DNA of 64,000 nt from an uncultured Gammaproteobacteria bacterium (GTDB lineage: Bacteria; Patescibacteriota; Microgenomatia; Levybacterales; UBA12049), in the NCBI GenBank assembly GCA_964474445.1, contig CAYYSJ010000003.1:17597-81596 (forward strand), written 5' to 3'. Below are positions 58,219 to 64,000 of the stretch, piece by piece; position 1 is the first letter of the stretch, and each line of letters starts with the position of its first letter. The notes beneath the pieces are model-generated. The model made no database searches. It was not told the origin of the DNA and saw nothing but the letters and a program-made list of their open reading frames with translations. The position numbers and the translations under genes are program-made.

Positions 58219-59871
58219 TTACCAATTCGTTCTAATATGGTCGAGGGCATATTGGAGATTTGCTCCAACTTTCTTTCGTGGATTAAAGATCTTGTGTGGG
58301 TCAAAGATGTTCTTTGTTTTTTCAAAGAGCTCAACTACTTTTTTGCCATACATTGTTTCTAAGTATGGTGAGCGGATAAGCCCATCGTTATGTTCGCCAG
58401 TAATAGATCCATTATATTTTGAAACAATTGCGTAAACTTGGTCTGAAATCTCTGGGATTGCTTTTCTCACTTTTGGATTTTGAATATCAACAAGAGGAAT
58501 AATGTGGAAATTGCCATCTCCTACATGTCCTGCGACAGTGAAAATAAATTCGGGGTGTTTTTTAAGAATCCCAGTAACTTGTGGAATCACTTCTGCTATG
58601 TGACGTGGTTGAATGACGAAATCATCAATAAATGGAGCAGTATGTTTATTTCTAATTTTATTACGAAGCAAATTAAAGCTTTCGCGTCTAACTAACCAAT
58701 ATTTCTTCTCCTGGTCATCAATTGCAATTGTAGTTTGAGGGTGCAATGGCTTTAATTTTTCTCTGAGTGATGCAATTTTTTGTTTCAGCTCTTCTGGGTC
58801 ATCACTTGCAAAATCAATCTGTAAAATAAGCTTGGGAAGTCTTCCAATAAGCATATCTAAAAACGCTGGCATAAATGCAAGTCCTGCTTGGATAAGTCCC
58901 CAAAATCCAAGTTGATGGATAAATTCTGGGAAGTATCTGAGTGCAAGCATAAGCGTGTTGTCATCATAACTTTCAAAGCTTTCTGGACTAAGAGGAAGAA
59001 CTGCATCAATAATTTGTCCCAAATGACTCATGTCTTGCAGATAAATAACTTCCATTTCATGGTGCTTTTTAACAGGGACAAGTTGTAAATCGGCTTCCAA
59101 CATAAGGCCGAGCGTCCCTTGCGCACCAACCCACAATTTAGTGAGATCAAAAATCTTTTTCTCAGGATCCCATACATTCCATAAAAAATAACCAGCAGAA
59201 TTTTTCGAGACAGGAGGTTTTGCTTTTTGCAGAAGATCCCAGTTTTCTGTGATGAGCTTATACATTTCTTTGTACATTTTCCCTTCGAAATCATTTTTCT
59301 CCATTTTCTTTTTGAGTTCACTTTCAGTAAGAGGTTTTAATTCATAGACATTCCCATCTGCTAAGACAACTTTTATGCGCTTCACATATCTTTCCGTTTT
59401 TCCATACTGAAGTGATTTTTCGCCACCTGAATTGTTATTCACAATGCCTCCTATTGCACACAGGCCACGAGAAGCAGGGTAGGAGGGGAAAATGAGGTTT
59501 TCTTTCAGTGTTTGAACTTCAAAATCTCGATAAAATTGACCAGGTTCTGCTGTTGCGACATCTCCTTTAATAACTGCTGGATGATTGAAATATTTGCCAA
59601 AAGCAACAGTAATACTTTCATTGATTGAGCCACCTCCCATGTCTGTTCCTGCGGCACGACCGGTGAGAGAAAGAGATTCATCTTCTTTTTTATGGTCGTT
59701 GACAAATTTCACCAAATTTTGGACATCTTCAGCATCTTTTGGAAAAACAACAACCTGAGGTTTTACTTCAAAAAGACTTGCATCATGACTATATGTGGTA
59801 AGAGTTGCATCATCTGTTGCAATGTCGCCTTTAATTTTTTGTTTTAATGCATCAAGAAGGGCAGAGTTCAT
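58219..59871 (-). CDS. FAD-linked oxidase (D-lactate/glycolate dehydrogenase-like, no Fe-S domain)
   Basis: GRAAGTDMGG, IGGIVNNNSGG, AGHVGDGNFH, TGEHNDG, FDPHKIFNP. Confidence 0.9.
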   Translation of the reverse strand: MNSALLDALKQKIKGDIATDDATLTTYSHDASLFEVKPQVVVFPKDAEDVQNLVKFVNDHKKEDESLSLTGRAAGTDMGGGSINESITVAFGKYFNHPAVIKGDVATAEPGQFYRDFEVQTLKENLIFPSYPASRGLCAIGGIVNNNSGGEKSLQYGKTERYVKRIKVVLADGNVYELKPLTESELKKKMEKNDFEGKMYKEMYKLITENWDLLQKAKPPVSKNSAGYFLWNVWDPEKKIFDLTKLWVGAQGTLGLMLEADLQLVPVKKHHEMEVIYLQDMSHLGQIIDAVLPLSPESFESYDDNTLMLALRYFPEFIHQLGFWGLIQAGLAFMPAFLDMLIGRLPKLILQIDFASDDPEELKQKIASLREKLKPLHPQTTIAIDDQEKKYWLVRRESFNLLRNKIRNKHTAPFIDDFVIQPRHIAEVIPQVTGILKKHPEFIFTVAGHVGDGNFHIIPLVDIQNPKVRKAIPEISDQVYAIVSKYNGSITGEHNDGLIRSPYLETMYGKKVVELFEKTKNIFDPHKIFNPRKKVGANLQYALDHIRTNW

Positions 59872-59971
59872 AGTGCTATTACTCTTTTAGTATAGGCATA
59901 CTTTTGTTTGCTTAGCAAGAGAACAAAAAGATATGTGTGTATCGTCTCCTTCTTTTGCTATACTTTTCTCT

Positions 59972-60625
59972 ATGAATAAGCAAGCACTTCTCAAGCGTAC
60001 AACTGACTTTGTTAAAAAGAAGCTGCAGCATGAAGCAACAGGTCATGATTGGTTTCATATGAGGCGAGTCGTTGATATGGCAAAAAATATTGCACGAAGA
60101 GAAGAGTCAGGAAATGTGTTTATTATAGAACTTGCCGCTTTGTTACATGATGTTGCTGATTGGAAAGTGCGGGATGAAGAAATATCAGAAGAAGAGTTGC
60201 TTCAAAGAATTATGAAACAATTGGAATTTCCGGAGGAAGTTGCGAATGATGTTTTACCTATCATCCTCAATATGTCCTACAGCAAACAGTTAGATGGTAA
60301 AAAATCATTAAGCAAAGAAGGGGAAATTGTACAAGATGCAGATAGGCTTGATGCATTAGGAGCAATCGGCATTGCTCGTGCATTTGCTTATGGTGGTAAA
60401 AAGGGAAGAGGGTTATATAATCCATCTATTCATCCAAGACAGTTCACCTCAACACGTGCATATCGTAGCGCAGAGGGAACCACAATAAATCATTTCTACG
60501 AAAAGTTATTGCTACTCAAAAACTTACTGAATACGAAAACAGCAAAAAGGATTGCGCGAAATCGTGAGAAATTTATGAAGCAATTTTTGAATGAATTTTA
60601 TCAAGAGTGGGAAGGGAAGAAATAG
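59972..60625 (+). CDS. HD domain phosphohydrolase (YedJ/YpgQ-like)
   Basis: GHDWFH..RV, ALLHD, VQDADRLDALGAIGIAR, HFYEKLL. Confidence 0.92.
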   Translation: MNKQALLKRTTDFVKKKLQHEATGHDWFHMRRVVDMAKNIARREESGNVFIIELAALLHDVADWKVRDEEISEEELLQRIMKQLEFPEEVANDVLPIILNMSYSKQLDGKKSLSKEGEIVQDADRLDALGAIGIARAFAYGGKKGRGLYNPSIHPRQFTSTRAYRSAEGTTINHFYEKLLLLKNLLNTKTAKRIARNREKFMKQFLNEFYQEWEGKK

Positions 60626-60628
60626 CTC

Positions 60629-61621
60629 TTATTTTTTTCTAGCAATAACTCTTTTGACAGCTTCTTTAATTGCAGGAGTGTCCATGCCATATTTTTGTAA
60701 CAGTTCTTTTGGACTTCCTGACTCAGCAAATGTATTTTGCAGGCCAACAAATTCTTGTGGAAGAGGAGTAGTTTTTGCCAACTCTTCTGCAATTGCTCCT
60801 CCTAATCCACCCATCACTTGGTGATCTTCAACAGTCACCACTGCTTGTGAGTGCTCCGTAAACTTGAGAAGTCCTTCACGATCGAGTGGTTTAATAGTAG
60901 GAGTGTTGACAACCAAAACGTTTATGCCTTCTTCTTCGAGCTCTTTTGCTGCGACCAATGCGTAGTAAAGCATATATCCCATGGCAAAAATGGTTACCTG
61001 TGGATTATCACTTACCCAAAAGTCATACATTTTTCCAACCTCAAAGGGTGTTTCCTCAGTTGTCATAATTGGGGTTTTATCTCTTGTGTAGCGAAGATAT
61101 ACTGGTCCGTCTGTTTGTGCTGATGCGATTGTTGTTTTTTTTGCCTCGATACTATCACAAGGCACCATGATCTCAATATTCGGCCAACATCGTGTTATTG
61201 CAATATCTTCAGTTGCTTGATGTGTTGCACCATCAGGCCCTGTCATAACTCCTGCATGATGTCCTGCAATTTTGACATTTGCATGGTTATAGATACATGT
61301 TGTACGAATTGTTTCCCAATTCTTCCCAGGGGAGAAGGTTGCATAGGACGAGATAAACGCAATTTTTCCTGAAACACCAAGTCCTGCCCCGATAGCAGCC
61401 ATATTTTGTTCACCAATACCCGTTTCGAAAAATCTTTCTGGAAATTTCTCTGCAAATTTATGTGCATGAGTTGATTCTGCAAGATCTGCTGATAATGCAA
61501 CAACCTGAGGATTTTTCTCTCCCAGCTCCAACAGTCCTACTCCAAAACCAGCACGTGTTGGTGCAACTTCTGCATCTTTATCAAAGAGTTTTTCGTTTAA
61601 TTTCAAATGAGGATTTAACAT
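60629..61621 (-). CDS. Transketolase, C-terminal subunit
   Basis: LSADLAES, GIGEQNM, GPDGATHQATED, GPVYLR. Confidence 0.95.
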   Translation of the reverse strand: MLNPHLKLNEKLFDKDAEVAPTRAGFGVGLLELGEKNPQVVALSADLAESTHAHKFAEKFPERFFETGIGEQNMAAIGAGLGVSGKIAFISSYATFSPGKNWETIRTTCIYNHANVKIAGHHAGVMTGPDGATHQATEDIAITRCWPNIEIMVPCDSIEAKKTTIASAQTDGPVYLRYTRDKTPIMTTEETPFEVGKMYDFWVSDNPQVTIFAMGYMLYYALVAAKELEEEGINVLVVNTPTIKPLDREGLLKFTEHSQAVVTVEDHQVMGGLGGAIAEELAKTTPLPQEFVGLQNTFAESGSPKELLQKYGMDTPAIKEAVKRVIARKK

Positions 61622-61628
61622 AGTCTTT

Positions 61629-62525
61629 TTATGCTTGGTGTTCGCTTTGTATCCTTCCTTTGAGCGTTCTTAATTCATCAAGTGCAGCTTTCCCTTGTTG
61701 TCCTTTTGGTGGCGCTCCTGTCACATCTTGAATATCTGGAGGCATACCGTGCCACCTGAAATCTTTCTCCATAAAATCAACACCTTTTCCAGCAATTGTA
61801 TGTGCGATGATAACAGTTGGTTTTTCATAAATAGCTTGTGCTTCCGAAACTGCATCAACAAAGGCGCGGATATTGTGTCCGTCAACCTCCAAAACCTCCC
61901 AGTTAAATGCTTCAAATTTTCTCCTGAGAGACTCAAGAGGCATGACATCTTCAGTAAAACCATCAATTTGAATATTATTTCTATCTACAACAACAGTGAG
62001 ATTATTGAGTTTACGTTTCCCAGCAAACATCACTGCTTCCCAAATATTTCCCTCATCTAATTCACCGTCTCCGGTAAGGACATAAGTATAGTAGTTTTTC
62101 TTATCTAATTTTGCCGCAAGTGCTATGCCAATGCCTTGGGAAAGTCCTTCACCTAAGGGGCCAGAGGTAGTTTCAAGACCAGCAAGAGCGGTGCGGTGGG
62201 GGTGTCCTTGAAGCCGTGAGTTAATTTTTCGAAGTGTTTTTAATTCTTCAATAGGAAAATATCCAGCCTGTGCCATTGAGACATATCGAATAGGGCAGAT
62301 ATGTCCATTGGAGAGGATCAGTCTATCTCTGTCTTCCCAGGTAGGATTTTTGGGGTCATGGCGCAAAATATGGAAGTAAAAGGCAGTGAAAATATCTGCC
62401 ATGTCCAATGGCCCTGCGGAATGTCCAGAACCTGCTTCAAGGAGTGTCTGGATTACCAGTTGTCTTGCCTCATTAGCTTTTAACTCAAGCTCTCGGAGCT
62501 TATCATCATGCAAAATATCTACCAT
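61629..62525 (-). CDS. Transketolase, N-terminal subunit
   Basis: GSGH, DRLILSNGH, LQGHP, GDGELDEG..N, WHG. Confidence 0.95.
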   Translation of the reverse strand: MVDILHDDKLRELELKANEARQLVIQTLLEAGSGHSAGPLDMADIFTAFYFHILRHDPKNPTWEDRDRLILSNGHICPIRYVSMAQAGYFPIEELKTLRKINSRLQGHPHRTALAGLETTSGPLGEGLSQGIGIALAAKLDKKNYYTYVLTGDGELDEGNIWEAVMFAGKRKLNNLTVVVDRNNIQIDGFTEDVMPLESLRRKFEAFNWEVLEVDGHNIRAFVDAVSEAQAIYEKPTVIIAHTIAGKGVDFMEKDFRWHGMPPDIQDVTGAPPKGQQGKAALDELRTLKGRIQSEHQA

Positions 62526-62526
62526 A

Positions 62527-63798
62527 CTATCTTTTTATCACAATATACAGATCTGACACATTTGAATCTTGTCTTCCTGTTCGTATACCATCTCCAAGTC
62601 TTTCGAGTAATCCGTAACTGTTATCATCCTCTAAATATTCTTTTATATCAATACGCATTTCATCAATCTTCTTCTTGGTGTCCTTATCCACAAGTGCTCC
62701 TGCAAACCAATAAAAATCTTGTCCATCTGTACTAAATGAGACAAGCAGAGTTGAGTCATCAATAAAGGGAAGAGAATAGAGGGCGAGAGCCTGATTGCGT
62801 CCCCCTAAGCCTCTTCCAGTAATTTTTATCGTTGTTTCTCCACCTGCAAGTAAGATTTCTCCTGGTTTTGTCTCATGGATTAATGTTTCTCCCATTTCTC
62901 GTGCATCTCCTTGCAATCTATCAGTCCACATGCGGGCAGAGAAGCCAAATTCTTCGGCCTTTTTCTTCATGGCATCAATTGCAGTAAGATTGCTGAGCAT
63001 CAAAATATTATGAACTTTCTCAAAATACTTATCTTCTTTTGGTCTCTCAACCAAATCCTCTGTAGTGGGGAAGGAAAGGTTGTATTTTTGCAGAACTCCT
63101 ACTGCTTCTTCAATAGTTGTTTGATCTTTTACCAAGGGTGCAGAGGCAATAACAGATAAGTCGTTTCCAGGCACATCGGAGAAAATAAGATTGGTAATCG
63201 TTGCAGGATAGAGCAGTTTGGCCAATCCACCACCCTTTACTTCTGAGACGTGTTTTCGAATAGTATTCATTTCAGTGATTGTTGCGCCACAGTCAAGAAG
63301 TGCCTTGTTCATTTTTTGCATTTGTTCAAGGGTAAATGAAATTGGTTTTTCAAAGAGTGCTGAGCCACCGCCACAAGTAACAACCAATACAAAATCTTTT
63401 TCAGAGAGATTACTCAAATGCTGAATGACTGTTGCTGTATAGTCAAAATTTTCTTGAGAAGGAAGTGGATGGGTGCCTTTGGTGTATGCCACTTTTTTAA
63501 ATGGAGGGCTTTCAACAACATCGATATCAAATCCTTGTGTCAATTTGTCTCCTAATTTTTCTTCTATAATACTGCACATTCTTGCAGAACCTTTCCCATA
63601 TCCCACGAGGAAAACTCTATCAAAATTATTGAGGTCATATGTTTGATCTTGAATTTTTAACATATTGTTTTCAAAAGAGAAGCTGGTTTTAAAGACCTCG
63701 TGTGGAGTAATGGAGGAAAATGCTGCTTCAATAAGATCTAATGCAACTTTTCGAGTATCATTAGAATTCAGACTATCGTAATTTTTCACAAAACCCAT
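62527..63798 (-). CDS. Glycerate 2-kinase-type protein (DUF4147/MOFRL)
   Basis: GYGKGS, HPLP, GGGSAL, RKHVSEVKGG, SDVPG, GGETT, GGRNQ, TDGQD. Confidence 0.92.
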   Translation of the reverse strand: MGFVKNYDSLNSNDTRKVALDLIEAAFSSITPHEVFKTSFSFENNMLKIQDQTYDLNNFDRVFLVGYGKGSARMCSIIEEKLGDKLTQGFDIDVVESPPFKKVAYTKGTHPLPSQENFDYTATVIQHLSNLSEKDFVLVVTCGGGSALFEKPISFTLEQMQKMNKALLDCGATITEMNTIRKHVSEVKGGGLAKLLYPATITNLIFSDVPGNDLSVIASAPLVKDQTTIEEAVGVLQKYNLSFPTTEDLVERPKEDKYFEKVHNILMLSNLTAIDAMKKKAEEFGFSARMWTDRLQGDAREMGETLIHETKPGEILLAGGETTIKITGRGLGGRNQALALYSLPFIDDSTLLVSFSTDGQDFYWFAGALVDKDTKKKIDEMRIDIKEYLEDDNSYGLLERLGDGIRTGRQDSNVSDLYIVIKR

Positions 63799-63885
63799 AT
63801 CAGTGTAAGCATAGCACATAAAAATTCTCTTTCACAATGGGATATATGTATACCTTTTGTCTGAGGTTGTATTCAGTTTCTTGCT

Positions 63886-63999
63886 TTAGTTTTCAGGTTC
63901 TGGAGGGAGGAATTCTTCGCCACCACTATCATGGGTTTGGGGATATTCGCTCGGTTTTAGCCATTGAACATAGGTACAACCAGTTGCTTTTTTCGTTTT
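63886..63999 (-). CDS. C-terminal fragment of a gene entering from the right edge (possible topoisomerase-type Zn-ribbon protein)
   Basis: KTKKATGCTYVQWLKPSEY...PEPEN*. Confidence 0.35.
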   Translation of the reverse strand, partial: KTKKATGCTYVQWLKPSEYPQTHDSGGEEFLPPEPEN

Positions 64000-64000
64000 T

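Noticed and set aside
1948-63424. Numerous 60-150 aa ORFs nested in or antisense to well-identified genes
   Set aside because: Shadow ORFs with atypical composition that overlap confident CDSs.
1-64000. CRISPR array, tRNA/rRNA, IS or prophage, and TGA recoding
   Set aside because: No repeat-spacer periodicity, cloverleaf, transposase/integrase or phage genes seen by eye. Conserved genes are full-length in code 11 and several end in TGA.

Overview
A ~38-40% GC (estimated by eye) bacterial chromosome segment read in the standard code (TGA = stop). Gene content points to a Patescibacteria (CPR) genome, probably Microgenomates-like; this is inferred, not proven. The clues are a short EF-Ts, an rpsB-tsf-frr-rseP cluster lacking pyrH/uppS/cdsA/dxr, a split transketolase and many orphan genes. 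Housekeeping genes include glyA, rpsB, tsf, frr, rseP, pgl, zwf, gnd, proS, rpsU, ybeY, dnaX, ybaB, prs, recR, nadD, nadE, cysS, class I aldolase, transketolase and glycerate kinase, plus a complete cyoABCDE (bo3 quinol oxidase) operon. No rRNA, tRNA, CRISPR array or transposase was seen. Most notable: (1) a complete leader-peptide attenuator (Ser/Thr-rich 17-aa peptide with alternative 1:2, 2:3 and 3:4 stems) in front of a serB-serC-FAD oxidase operon that lacks serA; (2) a HAM1/ITPase fused to a divergent IMPDH/GMP-reductase barrel, with a divergent Maf-like gene nearby on the opposite strand; (3) a transcriptional proline T-box with an ultra-short Stem I; (4) a tandemly duplicated three-gene orphan module; (5) pervasive leaderless-type promoter geometry; (6) operator-like palindromes at cyoA and at an alkD-like gene.
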